From NCBI RefSeq assembly GCF_001194135.2, contig NC_068983.1:116092478-116141620 (forward strand): a stretch of DNA of 49,143 nucleotides. The letters are read 5' to 3'. Of the stretch, positions 23,701 to 37,500 are shown piece after piece; position 1 is the stretch's first letter; every line of letters begins with the position of its first letter. This DNA is from Octopus bimaculoides (lineage: Eukaryota). The translations under genes and the position numbers were made by a program. The notes under the pieces were generated by a model. It did not search any database, was not told the origin of the DNA, and was given only the letters and a program-made list of their open reading frames with translations.

Positions 23701-26307
23701 CCAACGGATCTTCTTCTTTCTTCTCACAAGAAATCTCTTGAGTTTTCTTTGACTGACTTACTTCATTGTCATCTTTCTCTATTTCATTTTCTTGCTTCTC
23801 TGTTTCATGTTCTTTTTCATCTTTTTCTTGCTTGGAAGAATTTAAATCACTTTTTTGTGGCTTCTTTTCATTTTTGTCTTTTGGCTTTTCAGAACCAATC
23901 CACAAAGAAATGGCATGAAATGTGTTAAGGTGGATGTATCTTTCAAATCATTCTTATGTATATTTGGGCAAATTATGACAGAAGACAAAAAAAAAAATCA
24001 CATCAATGATGAATATGATAATGATGATGATGATGATGATGTGATGTTTATCTGAATAAAAATGGCCTTCCAGTGATCATGTTTACCAAAATCAAGTGGA
24101 GAAGAAAGTATAATAACATACAAAAAAATACTCTTAGCTTCTTCCTTGTAACCTATGCCTACTTGAATCCTGCCAAAGGAGATCTTAGGAGGAAGACAGG
24201 ACTTTGTATATAAATACAACACTGTGAGAAATTGACAAATACACCATACATATTTCCAACTGATGCATTTACAACCTGAGGCTAGGTGGGCATGAAAGGA
24301 AGCAGCAAACCTTGTTAAGTGAAGATAGAGTAATGGGGAGTTGTATAAAGAAGATAGAGCAATGGGGAGCTGTATGAGATAGAGTGAAGATAGAGTAATG
24401 GGGAGTTGTATAGAGAAGAGGTCTGACAGGATTCTGACAGCAGCTGACATTGTCAAAGTGGAATTAATGATGATGATGGTAATAACAAGAGAAATCAAAC
24501 ATCAGCAATCACTAAAGGCATAACAAATTTAGAAATGGTTTTTCAACTTATTCTACAAGTTTGCTTTTTCAAAATAGGTTTCTCAATATTTATACTGAGT
24601 AAATAATTAACAGTGATGTCAATTATAAATTTGAATAGATACGAGGGTGGATGTGAAGCAGCTGTGACAGCAAGAGCAAGACTTGGCTGGGTGAAGTTCA
24701 GGGAATGTGGAGCGTTGTTATATGGGAAAAGGTTCTCATTGAAGACAAAAGGAAAGGTCTATAGGAGTTGTGTGGGAGCTGCAATACTGTATGGGAGTGA
24801 GACATGGTGTTTGAGGGAGAGAGAGATGGCAATTTTGAGAAGGACTGAGAGAGCAATGGTGAGAGAAGTGTGTGGCATGAGGCTGTTTGATAAGAGGAGG
24901 ACTGAGGGCTTGATGGGGATGCTGGGGTTGGAGGAATCAGTGTAATGGCTGGCAAGGGTGAATGGAGTGCAGTGGTATGGGCATGTGTTGAGAAGGGATG
25001 CGAAGCATGTTCTGAAGAGGGTGCTAGACTTTGAGGTAAATGGACAGCAAAAACGAGATAGACTGAGGAAAATGTGGAGGGGACAGGTGGAGGAGGAGAT
25101 TGGGAGGGTTGGCTTCAAAAGGGAGGTGCCCAAAACTGGGCAAGATGGTGAGACGGTGTGAGGGCAGTTACTATGGCATTGAGGTAGATCCAGTCACCTC
25201 TGTTGACGAGGATAAAACCCGGATTCAAAATGTTAGATGATGATGTTTCCTTTTCAACTAAAAATTTTACATCTTAATACAAATCTTAGCTACAATCCCC
25301 TTAACTCGGTCACAAAGAACCTAAGTAGAAAGAGTACCTATTCTTCAGACTAATGTCAATAAAACATAAAAATGTTAAATACCAAGATATGTTGTGACAG
25401 CCAAAAATACATGAAAAATAAATGAGCTAATATATTGGCCTAACATTTTAGTGAAAGTAAGTATACAAGATCATTCTCAGCTAAGATTCAAATTTTAAAG
25501 AAGTTTTTCTTTTTTGTAGCTTGTACAGAAGCATCAAGTAAGCTTTGTCTCTAAAAGGATGATAATAGAATTGGAGGAACACTATGGAAAACTTGAAAAC
25601 ATATTGTTAAAAATAATGTAAAAGGTTAGCAGAAAAAATGTAATCTAAAAGAAGAATCAAACCCATTCTGTGTAGAAAAACAGACAAAACTGTTAGTGAT
25701 GATAATTAACCTGATATTAAAAACTTATGCTTTATCCAAGTTTTTTCAGTCACTTTTGAATAAAGGGTGGTGAAAAGGATATTTTGATCAAACCAGCAGC
25801 TGTCATTAAACTGAAAGGTGGCATATACAATCCGATGGAGATATACCGGTTGGTAGCAGGCATTAAGTAAAAGAAGAAGGATTGATGGAATCTCTCAAGA
25901 AGGTTGTTGAGACTACGGAATATGCCTTCCACAATCCTGTAAAAATAAACAAAAACAATAGCAATTCATGGCAGTTAAGGTTTGAACATTCAGGAGGTGT
26001 TTTCACCCTACAAAAATAGTTATTTTCCTCAAATACATCTTACTCATTTTAACACCTGCTTTTCCATGCTTGCATGTCTCAGACAGAATTCATTGAAATA
26101 CATTTTCAAAGTCAGATACCCTTTCTGTTGCCAACCCTCATCTGTTTCCATATAAAATAACATTTCCCTATGGTATGTTATTTCATGTACGACTAAAAAT
26201 GAACCACATTAATTTCATGGTATTCATTTACAACCATTGCATAATGTCAGAACAAGCATACACACAGACATGTATGTACATATAGATATATACATATATA
26301 TATATAT

Positions 26308-26400
<93 letters not shown>

Positions 26401-29400
26401 TCCAATGATGAGAATGAGCGCTCAACATCATATTGGTGGATAACGATTCTTTAATTGTGTATTAAGGTTTGGTTTCATGTTAAGGAATACCTCAGAAATT
26501 ATCAGGCATATCTCATAGAAAACATCGGTGTTTATCTCCATTTTGGATTAAAACACAGAAAGTCATACACGCATACACACACAATGGGCTTTTCTCAGTT
26601 TCTTATTTCTTTACTGCCCACAAGGGGCTACACACAGAGGGGACAAACAAGGACAGACAAACGTATTAAGTCTATTATACTGACCCCAGTGCATAACTGG
26701 TACTTATTTAATCTACCCCAAAAGGATGAAAGGCAAAGTCGATCTCGGTGGAATTTGAACTCAGAACAGCATTTCACCCGGCATGCTAATGTTTCTGCTA
26801 GCTCGCCGCCTTATCTCAGTTTCTGTCGGCCTAATCCACTCACAAGGTTTTGACCAGCCCAGAGCTGTAGTAGAAGACACTTGCCCAAGATACCATGCAG
26901 TGGGAGAAAACCTGAAACCATATGGTTAAGAAAACAAGCTTCTTAACTATATGGCCACACTTGCATCTATCAAATATATGTACTCTCATCAAATAAAAAG
27001 TAAAGGGTAAGGGTAGAGACTGTCTTCGGTCATGAATGACCATGAGATTGCACCTAGAAAGTACCCCTCCAAGGTACAAGTCTAGGCAAGGTTGTTTTTA
27101 TGGAAGATCAACAGTTGCCCATGCATACCAGCCTCCCCTCTCCACACCACCAATGTTATCCAAGGGTTAGGGTTAGGGCCAATACAGCATGGCACCTATG
27201 ACGTTGCGTTTCATTTCTATAGCTGAGTGAACTGGAGTAATGTGAAACAAAATGTCTTGCTCAACACACAGCCTGGACCGGGAATCAAACTCACAACCAC
27301 ATGATTGTAAGCCCGATGCTCTAATCACTGAGCCATGCACCTTCAAATGCATATAAGACAAACATGTTGAGAATATACAAGAGCAAGGCAGAGGCATAGC
27401 AAGAGGGAAACAGTTGCTCCTGTTTCATGCCTGATATTTAAAATGTGAGTGCCAAAAGAGTGTTTGCCCCACAAATGTTGAGAATCATTGTTACACAACT
27501 GAAGTGTGGTAAAAAGTGACATGATTTCATAGTAACTGCTTGCAACCAGGTTTTAGAACAAGTATCACCTAAAAAGGTTGGCATCAGGAAGGAGCATCTG
27601 ATCAAAAGCACTTTCTCACTAAGTCTCATGTAACTTGTGTCACAATGGAAAAGTAGACATGAGAATAATGAACTAAAAGCAGGTGAATGAAAGAAAATTA
27701 TGAATAAGGCTGTTAAATCTATTTTAAAATGGAAAGAACATTGGCAAAGAATAAAGACAATTTGAATAGATCAACATTGCAGGCCTCTCAACATAAAAAT
27801 TCAACCATGGAAAAAATGAATGAGGCTGATGATTTAATAAAACTACTTACCGACCAGTTACCATTAAATCTGATGTTTTCTGCCCAAATGCTCGTGATAC
27901 ACCTTGAAGAGTGACAGCTTCAATATGGTAGCGATGAAATAGGCCATGGTTCCCAGAAGGAGATCCAGATGCTTGAGTTTTCATCATACGCAGCATAGTC
28001 AGTAATGAATGTTTGAATCCATTTAGTGAATCCGGATCATAATAGTCATACTGTGAACAACAAAGAATATTACAAGATTAAATCTATGGAAATTCAGCAA
28101 AGAAAGAATACTTGCCAGAAAAATAAAGATAGTCATTGACTAATGTATTACTCTAACTAAATATTTCTAATTAACTTTTTATGGCCAAACCATTAAAATA
28201 ATGTCAGTCATTAACTAACAGCGCTTTTATTCCCACTCCATATTTATTTCTAAACTTACCTGAAAAGTAAGCATAGTAAATATGTCTCACAAATGATATT
28301 AACTTTCTTTTTCGCCAACACGGACTATCCTAGAGATAATAGGGTTATTTTTTCCCTTTTAATTTTTTCTTTTTTTGACTATTCCATAGAACAGAGTTAG
28401 TAAAGTTTGCAGCACTCGAAATCTTGCCAAAGAATATAGAAATTCTATAGTCATTTGTAAAATGTCATTAATATATTTAGTCTGAACATAATCATTAATA
28501 GACTTAGTTTATGTGAACATACTTTGTCTTCCTATGCCGTCAGGTTCAATATACTGTTTCATATGCTCTTTTTATTAAGGTTTAGGCAATTTATAGATAC
28601 ATGGCTTGAATACAACAAGAGGATCTAAGAAGATTTGAAATTGTGATAATCTATTTTCTGATAAAATCCTCTCATAATTTGGGTGTTAAGCCAAAGCAAT
28701 TTTCATAGCAAGACTGGATTATATTATATGTTGTATGGTGTAATATATGATTAAATAGATTAATGAATTAATCGTATGACTGAATTCAGTTTACCATAAA
28801 AAGAAATATTATAAGAGATATGGTTCGGGTTGACCAGTGGATTGAAATCTTCCCCTGTCAAAAACTGTGCAACGAATTTTATTCACTAATTTCCAGACAT
28901 TAAAAAGATTCATGTACAGGCTTCATCTAGACAACACATGTGACATGCTTAGTTTTTAGGATGAGCTACAAAATGTGGGTTTTCCACAGCATAAACTTTA
29001 TCTTCTGTATTTCTATTTACACTAGGCTTTGATTGATCTATTTTCTAATTAATTAATAAATTAATTAAAGACAGACAGACCGAAAGACAGATATTTTGCA
29101 TAAGTTTCAGATTAAGAAGTTTTGTGTCTATAAGTAAGTTTCTAATGTTTGTTATTTTTATCCCATAAGGTTGTGGTATAGTCAATAAGAGCATTGAAAC
29201 TATATTAGGAAAAAAGGCCTGGAATTTATATTCATCAATGGATTTATTACATATCAGTAGAAGATCAGTGAAAATAGAAACACAATGATGAGATTAATTG
29301 CTGAAGTACTAAAAGAGTAGATGATAATAATAATAATAATAAAAATTATTTTAAATAAAAACTGAACAAAATATGAATGAAGAATTTCAAGATACCTGGT

Positions 29401-32400
29401 TGTGCAGCCTCACAGAGTCACCTTCACGCCGGCAAAGACGCACAACTAGATTGACAAGATCAAGGTTTGGCAATTGACCATTGAGGCCTTCCATCTTGAT
29501 GTTATAATAAGCTACTTTCTCAAGGGGGATCTCTAAATTAAGAGCAGCTTGAATTGACCCACTTCGACCCCATAAAGTTCCTGGAAAAACATCTAAAAAA
29601 ATGTAAATTTTATTACAGATTGAAAAATTAATGAGTATCAGGGGTAAATGAATATTGTTCATTATTATGAATCTATAAAATATATTGTTGCACAATATCT
29701 ATAGGAAGTCAACCTGCCAGCTATATACACACTTCTGTATGTAACCCCAAACATAGATTTAGATATTTGAACACTTATTCAGAATTACATTTCAATAAAT
29801 ATTTTTAGTTCACATTCATCATCATCGTTTAACGTCTGCTTTCCATGCTAGCATAGGTTGGACGATTTGACTGAGGACTGGTGAACCAGGTGGCTACACC
29901 AGGCTCCAATCTGATTTGGCAGAGTTTCTACAGCTGGATGCCCTTCCTAACGCAAAAATTCCCAACCCAGTAATACAATGTTCTTAAACATAGAGGCAGA
30001 CATTTGATTAAGAATTTGCTTGATAATTACATGGTTCCCACTATACAGCATCTTGGGCAAGTGTTTTCTATTACAGCCTTGGGTTGATCAATGTCTTAGA
30101 TGAAATTTTGCAGGTAGAAACAGTCAGAAACCTGTCATGCACATGTGTGTGTGAGGCTATACTTGTATTCTTAATGTCCTGTAACTAAGCAGTTCAATAG
30201 AGATGATGAAAATAAATACCAAACTTAAAAGTAAGAACTGGAGTTGATGCAATTGCCTTCTAGGTGATACCTCAGCTGGTCACAAATAAACAAGTAAAAT
30301 AGTAATGGATTTGGCCCATGAGTCTAGGACTTGTTATCATTATTATCTTCATCATCATTTAATGTCTGTTTTCCATGTTGGCATGAGTTGGACAGTTTGA
30401 CAGGAGCTGGCTAGCTGAAGAGCTACCCAGGCTCCATGTTTTGGCATGGATGCCCTTCCTAACACTAATCACTTTCCAGAGTGTACTGGGTGCTTTTACG
30501 CAGTACTGGCACAGGTGTGTTTAGATGGAACCAGTATGGGTGCTTTTTATGTGGCACCAGCACCCACAAGCCTGCATGATTAGGAATGCAAAGACAACCA
30601 TGATTTTAATTAGCTTGACATGTCTTCTCAAGCACAGTAAACCACCAGGAGTCTGGGTCCTCTGTCATCCACTCTGTGAGGCCCAGAAAATATTTGTGTG
30701 CTATAATTCATAAAATATTTGCTCATAAGAGAGGCAACAAAATAGAATATGGAAAATAATGTGGAAATATATCATTATTTTAATCATCAACAGACCTCTT
30801 TTATTAAGTCTGTCTACTTTTTACTTCTAATATTAAATAGTTAAAAACCCAACTACCTTCACATTTCTTATTTCACATTAAAGCTAAAAATTTTCAATGC
30901 AATTCAAATATTTTTTCAACAACAGTAAAGAAATATAAGAAATTATTGTCTTCTCAATAAGAAAACACATTTGACTTCAGAAAGTTTTCTTAGCTAAATG
31001 GACTGATTATATTTACTGCATCTTTCATTTCAATGAAAATGTATTCCATCAAAAGGAACAACATATCATTATCGTTCACTTAATAATAATGAACAGTGTT
31101 TCATTTACTCCATATAATCTTGAATATAGAACAAATTTATAATTAAATACAAGTTCACTTACATTTTGAAGACTGTACTTGGTGATAACCATCAAGCCAT
31201 GCTTCAATACCTATGTGCTCATGCTGTGTGAGCAAGAAAATGATATCCTTAGCCCAAAAGGTGTGTTCTGAAACAGTTAAAAATCAATCTTAAGAACTCA
31301 TCAACATGTGTTCAATATAAAATGAATAAGTAAATAAATATATAAATAAATATATACTAAAATGTATGGTATAAATAGATTTGAAGACAAAGTGTCAGTG
31401 AGTTTGTTGTAAAAACAATTCATAACAACAATCATTATTATAATCAAATTAAGTAATAAGTGTGTGATGCCAGGAAAGAATTGTGGACATAAATGCTAGG
31501 ACACCAAACTAAATACCTTCCATTCTTATCAGTTCAATTTGGATTTTTACCCATTCAAGGCTCAAAGACAATAAAAAAAACAAAAAACACAAGTACCAGT
31601 ACAAGAGCCAATTCAGTAAATCATATATGCTTCCTTGAACTCTTGAACAAAAATCATTTTACAAAACAAGAGGGAGAAAAAAAAGTAATGTTAAAAATGT
31701 TTCTAATTAAGCAATGTCAATCAATAAATCCCAGGGTCAACTTCACTTGGAAGAGTCGTGCTCCTCACATGGGCAATTATATTTTGGCTGCTCTAGAGTA
31801 GGAAGCAAAAAAAAAAAATCTATTTGCATTTGTCTCACAAGGGAAAACAAAGAATATTGTTTACCAAGAGGTTTTGTAGGAATTACTACATTCTACAATG
31901 CACTCCAGTACCCACTGCTCTTCGTGAATGGTAAGGGTGGATACCATTTCAGCATTCCACAACATAATACCAACTGCACCAACAAAGCAATCTCCTGCAT
32001 GGACTTCAGTATCAAAGTCTATTCTTCAATTACTCCCACCAACCACATGGTAAGCCATTACACCTTATTTTTTCAAGTAATTCATTGCTACATATTCTCA
32101 TGTAACTGCATAGGCCCAGTTTATGTTTCTTATTCTACAGCCACACCAGCAATCCAATGTCAACCCTTTGCCTTCTGCAACATTTCAACAGTTCACTTGA
32201 CCGTTGCTGTCTCCCATTGCAGCTCCTTTCCAGAATGTACCCATTTACATACAATATCTCCATTACACCAACATTCGTTCAATTGTCAACCATACGATGG
32301 GTCGTGGTCGATGCAGTGCTGACCACTGCAAAGGGGAGTATATCCACTGACAGTTTTTTGGTGTGTTCAAAGATCACATACCCCACCCCCATTTTTCCAT

Positions 32401-34532
32401 GACAGGTTACGGCCTGCAATTCTCCAAACGGATGCATGGCATGTCTCTTAGTCGAATTAGCCCATCATTTACTCCACAAATGTTTTGTCATCAATGCTGC
32501 ACTTCCCCTGTATCACATTTCAACATAACTGTAATATATATCGAAACTATGCCTTTTTAATCCCAAGCAATGCCAGATAATCTCTGCTAGTCGTTGAGAA
32601 AAAATATAATCAGTAATAACCTTGGATTGGTTTCATTGACTTTACTTGTTTTCAAACTGTAATAACTATAATATACTCCTTTAGTGGGGAATCAAATCAT
32701 TATTTGACATTCAATGATGGAATGGATTTGACAGGTCTACAACATGGCATGTTGTCACTTGTTGGCTCAATTCCATGTCAGCTTATCAGCAACATTAAAT
32801 TCTAAGATCAAATTTTGTCACTTTTTCCTATATTGTCCTTGAATTCCTTCTCTTATAATCTTTTGACAGCACATGACACTTTTTCATCCATCAAATGAAT
32901 TTGCATAACATAACCACAACACTCTGTCACACACATATATCAACTGATCCCTTTAATACTCAGTTGTGTCATTTCTGTTGCCTTTCATACAGATCCAAAA
33001 GATCATATTCAGTTTACATATTTTTTACCCCAGCTTTTACATTCAATGCTCATATCTAACTACCAAGTAGCCTAAAAAATCTATTCATTACACACAGAAA
33101 GAAGTTCTTTGTTGTCAGTAGATATAACACCTTCATACCAGTTAAAATTATGCCAACACATTCTCCATAAGTATGTTAAATCAATGACATGATGATAGTA
33201 CAATTAAATAACAATAAATATGAAATAGCAAATTCAAAACTTGGACAATAAGTTCATTAGCAAATATATATATATATATATTGATATCAACTGATTTACT
33301 CAAAGGTTAACTTACTTTTGAAGAACTTGGTTAAAGCCAGCATGAGAGCAATTCCTCCACTGGTATCAGTCAGTGTTTTAGAGATCATATTCTTAGATCG
33401 TATAGGGACAGAAAGAACCACTGCTTCTGTACTTGAAGCACGAGGAGCCCTTAAAATAGCATAAACATTTTGACCAGGGACTTTCTGAAATTAAACACAT
33501 TTATATAGAAAATATATGTAAAAAATAGTTTGGGAAAATATAAGAAGGATATTTGCATAAAACTTATTATTATACATAAGCAACGAGCTATTTTCAGTTT
33601 ATTCAGCGAGCTTATTTATGAGATTGATGTACTCCCTACTTCATTACCAAGATACTTTTTGGTGGAAAGAAACTGCATGGAAGCCTTTCAATGAAGCCAT
33701 TCCTGTTCTTGGGTTACAAACTTCATCTGTTGACTGGTTAAATACTACCACCTTGCCATTAAGTATATTTTACTACAATCCACTTTGTTCCAAGCATTCA
33801 GGTCATGCTTCAGAGGCTCTGGAAGAAGTCATGGGTGCTGCCATTGCTCGTTAGCACAAGAATTGCTATTACGAAAATAATGATCTTACTACAAGCAGTA
33901 ATTGTTTTTAATCAATGCTGTTTTTATTTTAGCATAAAAACACCTAGCCAGATATTAATGTCTGACAGAATTATTTGAAAATAACCATTATCCTCCCTTT
34001 TACTAGTCAGGGTAGAGAAGAAGGGAGAAGAGATCTGAAAAAGTAAAGTGTGCAATGCTCTTTCTCCTCTGGTCAAGCCATTAAAAAAATGTTATAAAAC
34101 CTGCCTAACACTAACCACTCAGCTACAATGCATCATGTCCTTGCTAGTATAGACTAATATGACTTGCCAAAGAGAGCGACTCAACTGCACTAATCAATGT
34201 TTGTTTACTAGTGCAGTATCACAATATCATACCAAAGTCAAACATATTTAGTACATTCTTTTGACTCACTTTGATCTGATTTGCAAATGTGCCAATGAAT
34301 ACTTATTCCATTGTTTCAGACATTGCAGTCATGCTGGAGCACCACCTTAAAGGGTTTTAATGAAACAAATTGGCCCCAGTACTTATTTTAAAAAAATTTT
34401 AAGTCTTCTACTTATTCTAGCAGTCCCTTGTGAAAAACTGCTAAGTTACAGGGACATGAACAAACCAGTACTGGTTGTCAAGTGGTGTGGGGGACAAACA
34501 CAGGCACAAAGACAAACACACACACACACACA

Positions 34533-34578
<46 letters not shown>

Positions 34579-37500
34579 NNNNNNNNNNNNNNNNNNNNNN
34601 NNNNNNNNNNNNNNNNNNNNNNNNACGATTTGACTGAAGACTGGTGAAACCAGATGGCTACGCCAGGCTCCAATCTGATTTGGCAGAGTTTCTACACCTG
34701 GATGCCCTTCCTAACGCCAACCACTCTGAGAGTGTAGTAGGTGCTTTTACGTGCCACCGGCACGAAGGCCAGTCAGGCGGTACTGGCAACAGCCATGCTC
34801 AAAATGGTGTATTTTATGTGCCACCCACACAAGAGCCAGTCCAGGGGCACTGGCAATGATCTCGCTCGAAAGTTCTTACACATGCCACAGGCACAAGTGC
34901 CAGAAAGGCGACGCTGGGCACAGGTGCCATCACGATTTCGCTTTCGCTTGCCCCAATAGGTCTTCGCAAGCTGAGTTTTGTGTCCAATGAAGGAGACGAC
35001 GTTGGCATGGGTGCCAGTCGTCGAATTTAGTTCGGTTTCGATTTCACTTGCCTCATATACATACACACACGCACATATATACATGGTCTGATCAATATAG
35101 TAATGAAGCTAAAGCATGCAGAGTGAAGCCGTTTGGCAAAGATTGACCTTGAACTCTGCTGTGCATGCGCACTAAGTTTTAACATTCTCACTTCTGCTGT
35201 TTACAGCAGTGCTTCGAAAGAAGGTGTGTAGCGTGTGATCATTGCATTGACTATGACAGAGAAAGTTGTCATGGCGATACCTGCACAGAAGCCTAAACAA
35301 AGTTGCAGAAAATGTGTGAGAGGTATGAGCTGCACACAAATGTATGAGTGGTTCAGACGTTTCCAAGATGGCCGAAAAAATGTCAGTATTGATGAGCGTT
35401 CTGGGAGATCTGCAACTAGCAGAACTAGCAGAGCTTCTGGCCTACAAAAATGTAAGACAAACTCACACATCCAAGAGACTAAAATACTAAAAACTACAAN
35501 NNNNNNNNNNNNNNNNNNNNNNNNNNNNNNNNNNNNNNNNNNNNNNNNNNNNNNNNNNNNNNNNNNNNNNNNNNNNNNNNNNNNNNNNNNNNNNNNNNNN
35601 NNNNNNNNNNNNNNNNNNNNNNNNNNNNNNNNNNNNNNNNNNNNNNNNNNNNNNNNNNNNNNNNNNNNNNNNNNNNNNNNNNNNNNNNNNNNNNNNNNNN
35701 NNNNNNNNNNNNNNNNNNNNNNNNNNNNNNNNNNNNNNNNNNNNNNNNNNNNNNNNNNNNNNNNNNNNNNNNNNNNNNNNNNNNNNNNNNNNNNNNNNNN
35801 NNNNNNNNNNNNNNNNNNNNNNNNNNNNNNNNNNNNNNNNGCTTAACAATTACAAAATGCCTCAGTAAATATGTGCTATATATAAATAATAGGAACTGAG
35901 TTGTTACCTGTTGCTATGCTGCCAGTAAAAATATTTGTTAATCATACGCACCTTTATAAATTGTTCAAGTGAAAGTCTTTTCCAAAGTTTGTATTGTGTT
36001 GTGCTGGCCATATGTTGAAAGATATACAGAAACACACACACAAACAACCAAAAAAAAAACATATGCATTATATATAAACATATAGTTTTTTTTTAAATCT
36101 GTGTTGCATTGTGCTGACAGATTTGCAAAACTAAGGTGACAACACTACCTATCTATCTCTCTTTCACACATTTTCTCTCTTACTCTCTCACTGTATTTTT
36201 TGTTCATTAACAACTTTTTCTCCTCCCCTTCCCTCTCTCTACACAGATGTTGTTACAGACAGCCAGTTGGAGATCAGCTTCTCTTTTACAATATAAGATT
36301 TACAACCCAACTATGTGATTAGACTTGAATGAATTCATTTCAGATAACATAAACAAGGAAATAAATAGTGAAAAAGTCAATAAATAAATATAAATCTTAT
36401 AAATACCTGGTCACCAAGCAACTGTAAAGGATACTGAACAGAATAATTCTGAAAATAAACTTCTAAGCCAAGTTCTTCAAACTTTGAAAATAGCCAGTCA
36501 CGTAACAGCAGACTAAAAAATATTTTTAAAAAAAGAGTAAGAAGGTGAGTGAAGGAAAGAATGGTACATTACTGAGAGCCTTAACCATCTGACAATTTCT
36601 TTTTTACTTATGAAAAAAGGAACATGCTAAATTAAGCAAAGTGTATCAAGAAAGTTCTTGTTTTCAAATCCCATTTCTATGAAGTTTCTACATGGTCTTT
36701 CAATCTGCAAAAAATAGCTGCCAAATCACCCTTGAACTACATCCTACCATCTTTAAAAAGGAAGAAATACAAAAGTAATGGGATACTCATGGTTGGAATA
36801 CTTTTGAACAAGGATCTGTTTAGTAAATGCCAACCTGGAGCTAAACAACAAAACCTTAGGATTCACTTTACCTCAATTCCAAAGTATTGCAGCATGTTTA
36901 GGTATGTATCAATTTAGAACATGAATCAACAGGCCCAGGCAGGTAATGATAACCAGAATATTGTAAGTATATTATTAAAAAAAGGTATTTTTAAACCCAC
37001 CTTTTGTCTTTGTCCATTGCTTTTTTTATTTCATTCTTGTAAAACTTGACATCAGAATCAGAATAAAAGTTACCTTCTACTAAACCTGTAAAAGAATAGA
37101 AAAATGGAAATTATAATTACAATCTATTTCAAGTATGATATTTGAAATGTTTTATCTTTTATCTTTTACTCGTTTCAGTCATTAGACTGCAGCCATGCTG
37201 GAGCACCACCTCAAAGAATTTTTAGTTGAATGCATTGACCCCCCACCCCACACCCCAGTACTTATTTTCTTTTTAAGCCTGGGACATATCCTATCGGTCA
37301 CTTTTGCCAAACCACTAAGTAATGGGGGCATAAAGACACCAGGACCAGTTGTCAAGTGGTGATAGTGGTGGTGGGAAAAGCAAAGACACAAATAGACACT
37401 AAATGAAAATGATAATGATGATCAGTAATTTGAAAGCTTACCAGGTAATAAAGCATTTTCAGAAAAGTATGTTCCTGCATTAAGATGGATGTAAGCTAAT

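Noticed and set aside
23922-23923. Canonical AC end for the U12 intron
   Set aside because: Only 2 nt after the branch motif, and it gives ATT TCA TGC...TGA, out of frame.
23998-24498. 166-aa minus-strand ORF as a GPAA1 exon
   Set aside because: Lies inside the U12 intron, spans a minisatellite and (GAT)n, and has no GPAA1 similarity.
34741-35084. Cluster of overlapping GC-rich ORFs
   Set aside because: Internal repeats of the RTE-tail element.
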